DNA of 34,216 bases from a virus (IMGVR_UViG_3300029181_000137); one strand, 5' to 3'; shown: positions 9,940 to 18,768, counted from the first letter of the stretch. The notes: generated from the sequence alone by a model not told the origin. A program made the numbers and translations.

Positions 9940-10500
9940 TCAGGAAGGAAGGGTTATTTCGGTGTGATGTTCGATATCGCCGTCAGGCCCGTTACCGGGC
10001 TCGAGATAATCAACATCAATCGCCAGCGTTTGCAGTTCATCCAGACTGTTCAGATCATCCTGCTGGCGGGTATCGTCTTCAGTCAGCTCGCTGATGACCG
10101 AAAAATCGAACTGATAAATCAGCTCATGACGATTCAGATCCAGCAGCGTGCCGCCGTCATAGGTAATCGGGTTACCGCACGCTTCCGGATTCCAGCCCAG
10201 CAGGGCCTTAAAGAGCATCTGCCGGACATCGTCCACCACATCATACGAGGCAAACTGACCGCGCTCATCACGCCCGTTACTCAGTATGACAACCACGGAG
10301 AAGCCCTCTTTCAGCTCCTGCCAGTAGTCGGTCTGGCTTTTGTTTTCTCCCGGAGAGTCATCACCCGGTACCACATACGCCGCCGGGAGTCTCAGCTTTC
10401 CGACCTCCGGCAGATTTTTGAACTGTGCCGCGCCTGCCACCCGGTTTTCAAAATACGGGCAGCGGGCACGCAGCGCAGCAATAACAGGCGTCAGTTTCAT
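9940..10500 (-). CDS. Mu gp37-like protein (DUF1834-like)
   Basis: 186-aa ORF in conserved position upstream of the sheath gene; 4-bp overlap with the upstream gene. Confidence 0.6.
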   Translation of the reverse strand: MKLTPVIAALRARCPYFENRVAGAAQFKNLPEVGKLRLPAAYVVPGDDSPGENKSQTDYWQELKEGFSVVVILSNGRDERGQFASYDVVDDVRQMLFKALLGWNPEACGNPITYDGGTLLDLNRHELIYQFDFSVISELTEDDTRQQDDLNSLDELQTLAIDVDYLEPGNGPDGDIEHHTEITLPS

Positions 10501-11003
10501 CTGTGTCGTCGCTCCGGCTTCAGTGATTTACGCAATTCCCGCGCCAGAAAATAGCGTGTCCAGCTGCGGTTCTTTTCAAGCGCTTCCACCATGAAGTTAT
10601 TACGTGGAGCCAGTCGCCAGCCGCTGCCACCGGATGCACCACGATGATGACTACGACGACGTTTTGCTCCTCCCCGGACACCAAAAAACAGAAACGCCGG
10701 ATAGAAGTCACCAGAGATCATCCGGTTCCCCTTCCCGTTGCGCTGGTTAGGGGCAATGCGTGTCATAAAACCGGCTCGCTTTTTACTGGCTCTCGGCACC
10801 ATATAACCAATCGAACGAGCCAGGCGTCCGGTCTGATAACCGGGGTTTTCACCCGGTGCCGACCGCGCACGGCGCATCACCAGCCGACGGGCATCACGCA
10901 TATGACGCTGCCCAATCGTGACAAACGCCCGCCGGACACGGGCGCGGTTAAAGCGCATCTCGGCGGGCTGCTGAACATCAACGTGAAAAAAGGGAGTCGC
11001 CAT
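10497..11003 (-). CDS. HK97 gp10-family virion protein
   Basis: 168-aa basic protein with TGRLARSIGY motif reminiscent of the HK97 gp10 family. Confidence 0.55.
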   Translation of the reverse strand: MATPFFHVDVQQPAEMRFNRARVRRAFVTIGQRHMRDARRLVMRRARSAPGENPGYQTGRLARSIGYMVPRASKKRAGFMTRIAPNQRNGKGNRMISGDFYPAFLFFGVRGGAKRRRSHHRGASGGSGWRLAPRNNFMVEALEKNRSWTRYFLARELRKSLKPERRHR

Positions 11004-11388
11004 TGCTGCCTCCGTGACTCTGCCTACATTCGCCCAGCTCCGTACACTCCAGCAGCAGAAAGCGCCGCGCCCCGTTCAGATCGCGCTGACGTTTCACCCG
11101 GTACACACTGTCACCGCAGACCACCTCATAATCAGCGGTGATCCCCCGGCGGTAACGAATGGTGATGTAATGGGTGATGGCGTCCCCGGTCTGCGCGGTT
11201 TCCTGCCAGGTGGTGGCACTGGTCTGGATAACCTTCGCCCATGTCCGGAACGTAACCGGGTATTGAGGCTCCACGCCAAAGTTATCCGCGGGCATATCCA
11301 CCCGCAGGCGGATCAGGACGCGTTTATTCAGTTCACCGGGGTCCGGCAGAATGTAGGTTGCGCTGGTCTGCGCCTGACGAATTTTCAT
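10978..11388 (-). CDS. Head closure / head-tail adaptor protein
   Basis: 136-aa ORF downstream of the connector-like gene; pattern consistent with head-tail joining family. Confidence 0.6.
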   Translation of the reverse strand: MKIRQAQTSATYILPDPGELNKRVLIRLRVDMPADNFGVEPQYPVTFRTWAKVIQTSATTWQETAQTGDAITHYITIRYRRGITADYEVVCGDSVYRVKRQRDLNGARRFLLLECTELGECRQSHGGSNGDSLFSR

Positions 11389-11708
11389 TGCGGAAAGTAC
11401 CTGTACGGGCCGACAAGCCAGCCAAAACTCTGCGGCATGTCGAGTTTCTCCACTTCCGTAACCGACGAGCGGTTTTCGTAAAAATGGCTGATAAGCATCA
11501 GCATCCCCAGACGAATATCATCCGGCAGGTGCAGCCCGTCCGGATCGCTCTCCGGAATGGTTTCATCCGGTGCATAGAGCTTCCGGTTCAGATACGTTTC
11601 CGTCCGCTTTTGCGCCGCACAGGCCAGCAGTTGCAGATGGCGGTCATCAGCATCGAAATCCTCATCCAGCCGGAGTTGGGCTTTAATCTCTTCCATTGTC
11701 AGAAGCAT
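11385..11708 (-). CDS. Head-tail connector protein (gp6-like)
   Basis: 107-aa acidic protein (EEIKAQLRLDEDFDADD...) typical of gp6-like connector/DNA-packaging proteins. Confidence 0.7.
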   Translation of the reverse strand: MLLTMEEIKAQLRLDEDFDADDRHLQLLACAAQKRTETYLNRKLYAPDETIPESDPDGLHLPDDIRLGMLMLISHFYENRSSVTEVEKLDMPQSFGWLVGPYRYFPQ

Positions 11709-11710
11709 AC

Positions 11711-11911
11711 TCAGCCCTCTTTACTGGTCGTGGCTTTTTTCTCTTTTGCCGCTTTACTGCTTTTTGCACTGGTTCCGCGCTCTGCTAACCCGGCCTGAAG
11801 TGCAATCTCCTGCACCCGGGCAGGAAGCGCCCCGTCGTCATACTCACCGGCCCGAATGACCTCAACACGCATACCGTCCGGTGACCATTTCAGATCTTGT
11901 TTCAGGATCAT
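11711..11911 (-). CDS. Small hypothetical protein downstream of capsid gene
   Basis: 66-aa ORF with Lys/Ser-rich tail, tightly packed in the head module. Confidence 0.45.
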   Translation of the reverse strand: MILKQDLKWSPDGMRVEVIRAGEYDDGALPARVQEIALQAGLAERGTSAKSSKAAKEKKATTSKEG

Positions 11912-11960
11912 GATTCTTCACCCGTCAGAACAGGGGGCGCGGTTCCGCGCCCCTGAGTGA

Positions 11961-13166
11961 TTACGCCGCTGCAATCTTCAGCAGTTTGATGGCCTGCGAA
12001 TCGACCAGCATCCCGCCGGTGCGCTTGGTGGTATAAAAACCGACAAACGGTTTATTGGTGTACGGGTCACGCAGAATGCGGGTGCCGATACGGTCAACGA
12101 TGGTGTAACCCCGTTTGAAGTTACCAAATGCAATGGCTTTCGCATCAGCGGCGATATCCGGCATCTGTTCGTTTTCAGCGATACCGTAACCCGCCAGAGA
12201 GGACGGCTGCCCCAGTTCCAGCCCCGGACGCCACAGATAGTTACCCTCGGTGTCTTTCAGCAGACGGATGGCAAACAGGCTGTTGTTGTTCATCATGAAC
12301 TTCGCGCCAGTGCGGTGTGCCTTACGCAGCGTGTAAATCAGTTTGATAATGGCGTCTGCGGTCACCGCGGTCGCTTCGCCGGATACAATATGCTGAAGTT
12401 TGCCGAACGCCCGGACCTTGTCGGTTTCATCAGTGGATTCATACGCCAGGAACCCTTTCGGCTTCTTGGTGCCATCGCCTGAGGTAAAGGCAATTTCTTC
12501 CTGTTCAGCAAATTCGGTTGCCAGCTCGCTGTTGATCCAGGCCTCCACGTTGAAGAAGGCATCGTCCAGCATTTTCTGGGTAGCCTGCGGGTTGCCGTAG
12601 ATTTCCCCCATGAGAGGTTCAATCAGCTCCAGTCTGGAGGTGGCAGTCTGGGATCGCGTATCCGTTTCCCCCACCCACCCGGAAGCCGTACCGCCCAGAT
12701 TCACCAGTTTTTTGTAGTCGGAACCGCCAACGGTGATCACCGTGGCTTCCTGACGCATCACCACTTCATCTTTCAGCAGGTTAAGAATGTTGCGATCCAG
12801 TTCTTCCGGCACGGCGTAGCCACCGTCTTCATCGGTACCCACCTGCAATGCCTTACGCTCCAGATCGCGCAGACCGTCTTCACGGCCTTTACGTAGAAAG
12901 CCCACAAACGCCTCTTTATGCTCGGTGGCCAGTTTATTTTGCGCTCCACCTGCCGGACGTTTCAGCTCAAGCAGCTCTTTTTCAAGGTCGCTTTTGAGAT
13001 TTTCCAGCTCGCTGAGTTTCCCGTTCAGGGTTTCCACCTGCCCGGCAAGCTTGCCTTTTTCCTGCTCAATCGCATCCACGCGCTTGTCGTTCTTTGCTTT
13101 GAAGTCGTCAAACTTCTGCTGCAGCTCCTGCGCGACCTGTTCGACATCTTTAATATCAACCGCCAT
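11961..13166 (-). CDS. Major capsid protein, HK97 family (with N-terminal delta/scaffold domain)
   Basis: 401-aa ORF; N-terminal 100 aa predicted coiled coil (QELQQKFDDFKAKNDKRVDAIEQEKGKLAGQVETLNGKLSELENLK), then capsid-like body; follows the prohead protease. Confidence 0.9.
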   Translation of the reverse strand: MAVDIKDVEQVAQELQQKFDDFKAKNDKRVDAIEQEKGKLAGQVETLNGKLSELENLKSDLEKELLELKRPAGGAQNKLATEHKEAFVGFLRKGREDGLRDLERKALQVGTDEDGGYAVPEELDRNILNLLKDEVVMRQEATVITVGGSDYKKLVNLGGTASGWVGETDTRSQTATSRLELIEPLMGEIYGNPQATQKMLDDAFFNVEAWINSELATEFAEQEEIAFTSGDGTKKPKGFLAYESTDETDKVRAFGKLQHIVSGEATAVTADAIIKLIYTLRKAHRTGAKFMMNNNSLFAIRLLKDTEGNYLWRPGLELGQPSSLAGYGIAENEQMPDIAADAKAIAFGNFKRGYTIVDRIGTRILRDPYTNKPFVGFYTTKRTGGMLVDSQAIKLLKIAAA

Positions 13167-13180
13167 CGTATTTCTCCTGA

Positions 13181-13867
13181 TTAGAAGTTCAGATTTTTCA
13201 GTGCATTCAGTGCAGAGCCCACATCCTCAGCGTCGCGCAGGGACAGTGCGCCATAGCCCCCGGCCATGAATGCTTTGGCCTGGGTACGGGAGAGTCCGAC
13301 ATCACGCAGGACTCTTTCGATTTTTTTCTGTTCGGGGATTTCCCCGCGGGCCAGCGCGTTCTTGACGTCGCTGATCCGCGCCTCGTCGTTAGACGGAAAC
13401 GTCACCAGACTGACTTCCCAGAGGTCGATTTCTTTCAGCAGAAAGGCTTCTTTGCTCCGGTCGTATTCCCAGTCTTTCAGGACGTACCCAATAGAAAGGC
13501 CGGTTAACGAACCGGCCTTCATGTGTGCATGTGCGCGTTTTGCGAGGGGATCATCATCAATAAGCAACCGCCCCCTGACGTAAAGCCCGACATCGTCTTC
13601 CTTCATTTCGGTGTAAACACCGATGGGTTCATCCATGCGGTGCTGCCAGAGCAGCGCAGGTAACGCTTTTCTGTCACTCCACGCCCGCAGGGAAGCAGCA
13701 AATGCCCCGGACATCACCACATCATCGTGGCTGTCCTTTACACCAAAGACGGAGCCATACCCTTCAAACTCACCGGAGTCACTGACAGATTTCAGACTCA
13801 GCGGTACATCAAGACGTTGTTTCGTCTGCATTGGCGTTATCCTTCTGCTTACCGGCTTTACTGCCAT
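13181..13867 (-). CDS. Prohead protease, HK97 family
   Basis: 228-aa ORF between portal and capsid genes; size and sequence character of the prohead protease family. Confidence 0.85.
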   Translation of the reverse strand: MAVKPVSRRITPMQTKQRLDVPLSLKSVSDSGEFEGYGSVFGVKDSHDDVVMSGAFAASLRAWSDRKALPALLWQHRMDEPIGVYTEMKEDDVGLYVRGRLLIDDDPLAKRAHAHMKAGSLTGLSIGYVLKDWEYDRSKEAFLLKEIDLWEVSLVTFPSNDEARISDVKNALARGEIPEQKKIERVLRDVGLSRTQAKAFMAGGYGALSLRDAEDVGSALNALKNLNF

Positions 13868-14771
13868 CGGAGGGTTTCGTGGTCATGTTCATCGGTGTGA
13901 GATAGACATCCCCACCGGGACGCGGATTCATATCTTCCAGGTCGCGGCAGTCATTGGGAGAGTAAATTCCCCAGTTAATCCCGGTGGCGTAGGCTTCAAA
14001 ACGGGACTTCATATCCCCGCGCAGTAACGCCCCGGCGTTAAATTTGGCGTAATAAACGCCCTGCTTACTTTTTCGTACCAGTCCGGTGTTGATCCGCTGC
14101 TCAATGCGGGTCAGATACGGCACCAGTGAATAGTTGATAAATCCGAGCCCCAGCTCTTCGATATTGTTGAAGGTGGCGCGATCGGTGTTCTGCACCATGT
14201 GCAATGGCACACGGAACAGACGACAAATTTCTTCAAGCTGAAACTTGCGGGTTTCCAGGAACTGGCTGTCCTCTGCGTTCAACGCCATCGACTTCCAGTC
14301 CAGCCCCATCTCAAGGATCATCGGGCGGTGAGCATTGCCAAGCCCGGTGTGACGCTCCTCAAAATCTTTCTTCAGGCGCTCATAAGCCTGATCCGACAGC
14401 GTCTGCTCTGTACGCAAAACACCCGACGTCACCGCGCCATTGCTGAACAGTCTGGCCCCGTGCTCTTCGGTCGCTGCCGCCAGCGATATTGCCTCGCGGG
14501 CATAGGCGATGGGATTCAGCCCCACCAGTCCGTCCAGCGTCAGCGTACGCACATGCCAGATATCCTCCTGGCTCAGTACATCCGTGGAGCCATCCGGGAA
14601 TGTGACCTGATAGACCGGTTCCCAGCTACTGTTAAGCTTCGGTACCACACAGCCGGGATCGACGGGCAGCAGTTCAGCCACTTCGCCAAATGCTTTCACT
14701 TTGTAGGCGTAAAAGTTTCCCCTCAGGCACAGACAGGTGACCACCAGCTCCCAGAACTCCTGCGGCGTCAT
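13809..14771 (-). CDS. Portal protein, HK97 family, N-terminally truncated
   Basis: 320-aa ORF (intact portals are about 400+ aa); begins at the conserved ...HPNGY-MTPQEFWELVV...LRGNFYAY... portal segment; the frame stays open upstream to 14945 without a start codon. Confidence 0.7.
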   Translation of the reverse strand: MTPQEFWELVVTCLCLRGNFYAYKVKAFGEVAELLPVDPGCVVPKLNSSWEPVYQVTFPDGSTDVLSQEDIWHVRTLTLDGLVGLNPIAYAREAISLAAATEEHGARLFSNGAVTSGVLRTEQTLSDQAYERLKKDFEERHTGLGNAHRPMILEMGLDWKSMALNAEDSQFLETRKFQLEEICRLFRVPLHMVQNTDRATFNNIEELGLGFINYSLVPYLTRIEQRINTGLVRKSKQGVYYAKFNAGALLRGDMKSRFEAYATGINWGIYSPNDCRDLEDMNPRPGGDVYLTPMNMTTKPSDGSKAGKQKDNANADETTS

Positions 14772-14842
14772 ATAGCCATTGGGATGCGTGGAGATCAGTT
14801 TATGCAGACGTTCGCCGGTGGCTCTCTGCTTCAGGCTGCCGT

Positions 14843-14923
14843 TCAGGTGATACAGATTCCGGCCAGCGCCTTGCGCGCCGTTGGCTTGGGGCGACGCCCG
14901 GAACGCCCCGCCGTTCCAGCCAT
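14843..14923 (-). pseudogene. Small terminase (P27-family-like) remnant, 26 codons
   Basis: Hand translation MAGTAGRSGRRPKPTARKALAGICIT*; the GR(R/P)PKPT..K.L.G start matches my memory of P27-family small terminase N-termini, then premature stop. Confidence 0.55.
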
Positions 14924-15048
14924 ATGCGGCACTCCTGGTTAAATTTCATTTTTCGCGGGTATAAAAAAACGATGGGGCGGGCAGTCCGGAAGACGTCAGG
15001 CCGCAGGGATTTGACCCGCCCCTCCCCTCAGGAAGTTGAGAATTATTA

Positions 15049-15399
15049 TCACTTCAACCGTTCACGGGCCGTCTTCGCCTTATGACATGGCCAGCACAGG
15101 CTCTGCAGATTACTGTCAGCGTCAGTGCCGCCATGCGCCTTAGGGATAATGTGGTCAACGGTTTTCGCCTCACGCACCACACCGGCACGCAGACATAACT
15201 GACACAGGCCTTTGTCACGCTTCAGCACACGTTCACGGATGGTATCCCACTTCGAACCGTAACCGCGCTGATGACGTGACAGGCCTGGTTTGTATTGCTT
15301 CCAGCCTTCGCTTTTGTGGCTTTCGCAATAGCCTGACGGGTCAGTAGTGGTATTGCGGCAACCGCGAACGCGGCAGGCTTTTGGTGTACGTGGTGGCAT
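15049..15399 (-). CDS. HNH endonuclease (terminase-associated type)
   Basis: Cys/His motifs CRVRGC...CESH...VDHIIPKAHGG...NLQSLCWPCH; start chosen at internal Met (MPPRTPKACRV) with AAGGAA SD; ORF track start is 15486. Confidence 0.8.
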   Translation of the reverse strand: MPPRTPKACRVRGCRNTTTDPSGYCESHKSEGWKQYKPGLSRHQRGYGSKWDTIRERVLKRDKGLCQLCLRAGVVREAKTVDHIIPKAHGGTDADSNLQSLCWPCHKAKTARERLK

Positions 15400-15472
15400 T
15401 AATTGTTTCCTTAAGCCATTACGATGCGTCTGAAAATGAGTTAATCTGAAAATTCCTTCACTATGCGAGAGC

Positions 15473-15778
15473 ATGACAATGGTCATAGGACAAGAAGATC
15501 AGAAATGCTGCCCGGCTTGCAATTCAGATGCGACCTGGCAGAACCGTGATACCGCTTGGTTAATTAGATGCCCGATGTGTGAAACATTTCTCATCAGGAA
15601 TTCCACCATTGAAATTTTGCGAAGTGACGTTGTGTATCGGACATTAGCTGGTGACCTTCTCAAACAAGAAGGTGGGTGTGACTACATGCTTACAAGAGGA
15701 AGGCTTGCGAACTTCGCGAAAACCCAGCTCCCAAAATCAAAGTTTCAGGAATACTTCCCTGGTGACAACTACGAATAA
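15473..15778 (+). CDS. Small zinc-ribbon protein, opposite-strand ORF inside the late region
   Basis: 101-aa ORF with CPAC-x17-CPMC spacing; antisense to late transcription; weak RBS, so uncertain. Confidence 0.4.
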   Translation: MTMVIGQEDQKCCPACNSDATWQNRDTAWLIRCPMCETFLIRNSTIEILRSDVVYRTLAGDLLKQEGGCDYMLTRGRLANFAKTQLPKSKFQEYFPGDNYE

Positions 15779-15819
15779 GCCATTACAAAGCCCACCCGCA
15801 GATGAGCTTTGTAATGGCT
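15778..15819. terminator. Perfect 14-bp inverted repeat between convergent genes
   Basis: AGCCATTACAAAGC-14 nt-GCTTTGTAATGGCT; no U-tract; lies between the zinc-ribbon ORF stop and the Rz1 stop. Confidence 0.4.
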
Positions 15820-16075
15820 ACTGTGAGTTGCGTGACGTTTCTATCTTCCTGATACTGGCCTTGTCGATGTTGCACTGGCCCAGCGCCGAAAGCAGGCTCA
15901 CATTCAGATCCAGACTGGCCCCATAGGTCAGCGGGTCGGGAATGACTGGCTGGGGCGTTTCAGTGGTCAGGCTTGTTGGCAGCGGTACCGCCGGAGCCGG
16001 CACGTAAACTGTTCGCGTACTTCCGCAACCTGTCAGCAGCGGCAGCAGGCACAGGACGTACAGCACAATCATCAT
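15818..16075 (-). CDS. Rz1: o-spanin Rz1 (outer-membrane lipoprotein)
   Basis: Internal start MMIVLYVLCLLPLLTGCGS with lipobox LLTGC and Pro-rich mature part; overlaps the 3' end of Rz in another frame. Confidence 0.7.
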   Translation of the reverse strand: MMIVLYVLCLLPLLTGCGSTRTVYVPAPAVPLPTSLTTETPQPVIPDPLTYGASLDLNVSLLSALGQCNIDKASIRKIETSRNSQ

Positions 16076-16352
16076 CCGCAACAGCCCCTTTGATATCTTC
16101 CTGGGTTCTCTGTGACTCCAGTACGATCTGCTGTTTTGCATACTGGTTAGCCTCCAGAACTGTATTGACGATTTGCAGTGATTGCAGGACGTTATTGGTA
16201 ATGGCAGTTGCTGATTCAGCATTTCGTACAGCCTCATTAGCACGTTTCTTTTCGTGCTGATATTTGCTGTAGTAGTGGCTGGCAGACCAAGTGAAAGAAC
16301 CGATGACAGTCACGAAGAAAGCAGCGATAACCAGCTTATAGCTCAACTTCAT
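15960..16352 (-). CDS. Rz: i-spanin Rz
   Basis: 130-aa ORF with N-terminal TM helix (LVIAAFFVTVIGSFTW) and coiled-coil body, directly after the endolysin. Confidence 0.75.
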   Translation of the reverse strand: MKLSYKLVIAAFFVTVIGSFTWSASHYYSKYQHEKKRANEAVRNAESATAITNNVLQSLQIVNTVLEANQYAKQQIVLESQRTQEDIKGAVADDDCAVRPVPAAAADRLRKYANSLRAGSGGTAANKPDH

Positions 16353-16812
16353 TTACCACCCCGCCAGCCTCTTTAAACCGGGCAATCAGGTCACCGATTT
16401 TATGTTCATACTGACCGTAACCTGCACCGGGTAATGAAGCCCAGATATTGCTGCAACGATCGATAGCCTGACGGATATCGCCACGATCAATCATCGGTAA
16501 AGCGCCACGCTCTTTAATCTGCTGCAGTGCAACAGCGTCCTGGCTTTTCGGAGAGAAGTCTTTCAGGCCAAGCTGCTTGCGGTAGGCATCCCACCAACGG
16601 GAAAGAAGCTGGTAACGTCCGGCGGCTGTTGATTTAAGTTTCTGGTTCAGCGTGACAAGTTTGCGAGGATGATCGGAGTAATCAGTGAAGAGTTTGCCAC
16701 CAACAATAACATCATAACCGTGGTTTCGTGTTGGTTGTCGCCCGTTATCCGTTCCTTCTGACCACGCCACCATATCGAGGAAAGCTTTACGCTGAGAATT
16801 TAGTGTCTGCAT
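16336..16812 (-). CDS. R: Endolysin, lambda R-like lytic transglycosylase
   Basis: 158 aa, near-identical by memory to lambda R (NSQRKAFLDMVAWSEGTDNGRQ...HGYDVIVGG...RYQLLSRWWDAYRKQLGLKDFSP...). Confidence 0.9.
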   Translation of the reverse strand: MQTLNSQRKAFLDMVAWSEGTDNGRQPTRNHGYDVIVGGKLFTDYSDHPRKLVTLNQKLKSTAAGRYQLLSRWWDAYRKQLGLKDFSPKSQDAVALQQIKERGALPMIDRGDIRQAIDRCSNIWASLPGAGYGQYEHKIGDLIARFKEAGGVVNEVEL

Positions 16813-16815
16813 AAA

Positions 16816-17151
16816 TTACTCCTTAGAGCCACCAAACTTGTTACCGATTACTCTCATTGCAGCCCCGCGAATTGCATCGACCCCGATCAGCCCCACCCCA
16901 CCACCAATGGCAACAGAAAGCGATTTAGGCCATCCGACATACTCAAGAGCGGATGCAAAAGTCAGCGTCAGAGCGCCACAAAGCAGAATTTCGAGTGTTT
17001 TTCGTTTCCAGCCGCCACCACCACCAAAATAGGCAATACGCAAACCAGCCATAACAATCGACATAATCACTGCGCCAAGAGGCGTATCTCCACGCCACCA
17101 GCTCTGGAACAACTCCAACCAGTCCGGCCAGGTATTTGGGTTATGAGGCAT
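16816..17151 (-). CDS. S: Holin, lambda S-like (three TM segments)
   Basis: Three hydrophobic segments and GGGG turn resembling lambda S; start set at MPHNPN with GAGGTGA SD; ORF track gives an upstream start at 17223. Confidence 0.7.
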   Translation of the reverse strand: MPHNPNTWPDWLELFQSWWRGDTPLGAVIMSIVMAGLRIAYFGGGGGWKRKTLEILLCGALTLTFASALEYVGWPKSLSVAIGGGVGLIGVDAIRGAAMRVIGNKFGGSKE

Positions 17152-17228
17152 TTCGTCATCTCTCACCTCGCGATTATTTGCGGGTGCTGTGTTGGAAATA
17201 AAAAGGCCACGCAACGTGACCACCAGAA

Positions 17229-18281
17229 TTATTTCCCCACCAGTTCACTTACCTCTTTCGCCGTCTGGTTAAACCGTTCTGACTCAAGCTCAACACCTAA
17301 CGCCCGACGCCCCAGCGCCATTGCTGCTTTTATTGTGGAACCGGATCCCATAAAGAAATCAGCAACCAGATCGCCTGGCCGACTACTGGCATTGATTATT
17401 TGTCGGAGCATATCCGCTGGTTTCTCACACGGATGTTTACCCGGGTAGAACTGAACGGGGTTATGCATCCAGACATCGGTATAAGGCACGGAGACTGATA
17501 CGGAGAAATAGCGCCGGAGAGATTTAAACTCATCCAGCAATTCAGAATATTTGCGATTCAGTGAATCATAAGATGCCACCAGCTGGTGGTGTGGTTGTTC
17601 CAGTTGTTGTTTCTGAAACTTCTCTGCCGCTATACGGGAAAAAAGTGCCTGCAACTTCCGGTAGTCAGCCTCATTCGGCAACTGCCACTGACTGGCACCA
17701 AACCAGTGGGAAACCATATTTTTCTTACCTGTGGCTTCGGCAATCTGTTTTGCCGTTATACCCAGTTCGGCACGAGCATCCCTGAAATACGATATCAGCG
17801 GTGCCATTATGTGCTGTTTGAGTTCCCTTTCTTTTGCCGCATAGCCGTCACTTTTGCCGCGATATGGCCCCTGGTAATGTTCAGCAAACAGAACGCGCTC
17901 TGTGGCAGGAAAATATGCGCGCAAACTTTCTTTATTACACCCATTCCATCGTCCGGACGGCTTCGCCCAGATGATATGGTTAAGCACATTGAAACGTTCA
18001 CGCATCATGATCTCGATATCAGATGCCAGGCGATGTCCACAGAACAGGTAAAGGCTTCCGGCAGGTTTCAACACCCGCCAGAACTGGGCCAGACAGTGGT
18101 CCAGCCACTTAAGGTAATCTTCGTCCCCTTTCCACTGATTGTCCCAGCCGTTGGGCTTCACTTTGAAGTACGGTGGATCGGTAACAATCAGATCAATGGA
18201 GTCATCAGGCAGGGACTGAATAAAATGCAGGCAATCAGCGTTGATTAAATCAACACTGTTTATTTTTACAGTATTTTTCAT
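17229..18281 (-). CDS. Orphan DNA methyltransferase, beta-class (N6-adenine or N4-cytosine)
   Basis: 350-aa ORF with DPPY catalytic motif near the N-terminus (LIVTDPPYF) and AdoMet motif FxGxG near the C-terminus (DFFMGSGST); no adjacent restriction gene. Confidence 0.85.
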   Translation of the reverse strand: MKNTVKINSVDLINADCLHFIQSLPDDSIDLIVTDPPYFKVKPNGWDNQWKGDEDYLKWLDHCLAQFWRVLKPAGSLYLFCGHRLASDIEIMMRERFNVLNHIIWAKPSGRWNGCNKESLRAYFPATERVLFAEHYQGPYRGKSDGYAAKERELKQHIMAPLISYFRDARAELGITAKQIAEATGKKNMVSHWFGASQWQLPNEADYRKLQALFSRIAAEKFQKQQLEQPHHQLVASYDSLNRKYSELLDEFKSLRRYFSVSVSVPYTDVWMHNPVQFYPGKHPCEKPADMLRQIINASSRPGDLVADFFMGSGSTIKAAMALGRRALGVELESERFNQTAKEVSELVGK

Positions 18282-18416
18282 GGATCAGTAAGCGTAACTC
18301 TGGTAGGCTCACTCTGCTTTTGCGCTAAAGCAGTGGGCCATGGTTCGCTTGTGACCAGTAAGCATGAGCGAATGGCTGGCAGGTGCTACCAACACCCACC
18401 AGCCGCCCATTTTCAC

Positions 18417-18443
18417 AAATTAAAAGCCCTTCATTGCTGAAGG
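18417..18443 (-). terminator. Intrinsic terminator-like hairpin at the end of the small ORF
   Basis: Minus strand CCTTCA-GCAA-TGAAGG followed by GCTTTTAATTT; overlaps the stop codon of ORF 18431..18649. Confidence 0.4.
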
Positions 18444-18649
18444 CGTCTGTAACAGCCGAACTGGTAATCTACCAGCCCCGCCATAACCAGCTGGGTCAGT
18501 ATTAACTGACAGCGTTCGCGTGAAAGGTATGTGTTTTGTGCAATCTCCCCGACTGTTGCCGGTTCGATGCTTAATTCATTAAAAACAACTTTTGCCGTTT
18601 CTGTCATATCTTGCTGTTTTAGCATGTCTTTTTCCCTTCTGGTTAACAT
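18431..18649 (-). CDS. Small hypothetical protein
   Basis: 72-aa ORF in late-operon orientation between the cargo cassette and the methyltransferase; no recognisable family. Confidence 0.45.
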   Translation of the reverse strand: MLTRREKDMLKQQDMTETAKVVFNELSIEPATVGEIAQNTYLSRERCQLILTQLVMAGLVDYQFGCYRRLQQ

Positions 18650-18747
18650 GACATACCAATAACTCTTGTCTAAAAAGCCAGCAAGATAAAAAGTCAGTAT
18701 TCACGACCACCAGCGTGTTTACCGTACTGCTCTTGGTTTACAGGTAC

Positions 18748-18768
18748 AAAAAAACCGCTCGACGGCGG
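18748..18768. terminator. Short GC hairpin flanked by A7/T7 runs
   Basis: AAAAAAA-CCGC-TCGACG-GCGG; reads as stem plus T7 on the minus strand; weak 4-bp stem. Confidence 0.3.

Noticed and set aside
9964-10554. 196-aa + strand ORF
   Set aside because: Antisense to the gp37-like and HK97 gp10-like tail genes inside a tightly packed - strand operon; no independent signals.
14199-14942. 247-aa + strand ORF
   Set aside because: Lies antisense to the portal gene and the terminase stub; Arg/Gln/His-rich low-complexity translation with no RBS or operon context; the - strand reading matches conserved portal motifs.
17586-18248. 220-aa + strand ORF
   Set aside because: Entirely antisense to the methyltransferase gene, which has clear catalytic motifs; typical shadow ORF.
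18282-18430. Possible tRNA gene between the small ORF and the methyltransferase (as found before stx in Stx phages)
   Set aside because: No cloverleaf could be drawn; GGTTCGCTT at the candidate T-loop does not match the GGTTCGAATCC-type consensus and no acceptor-stem pairing is evident.
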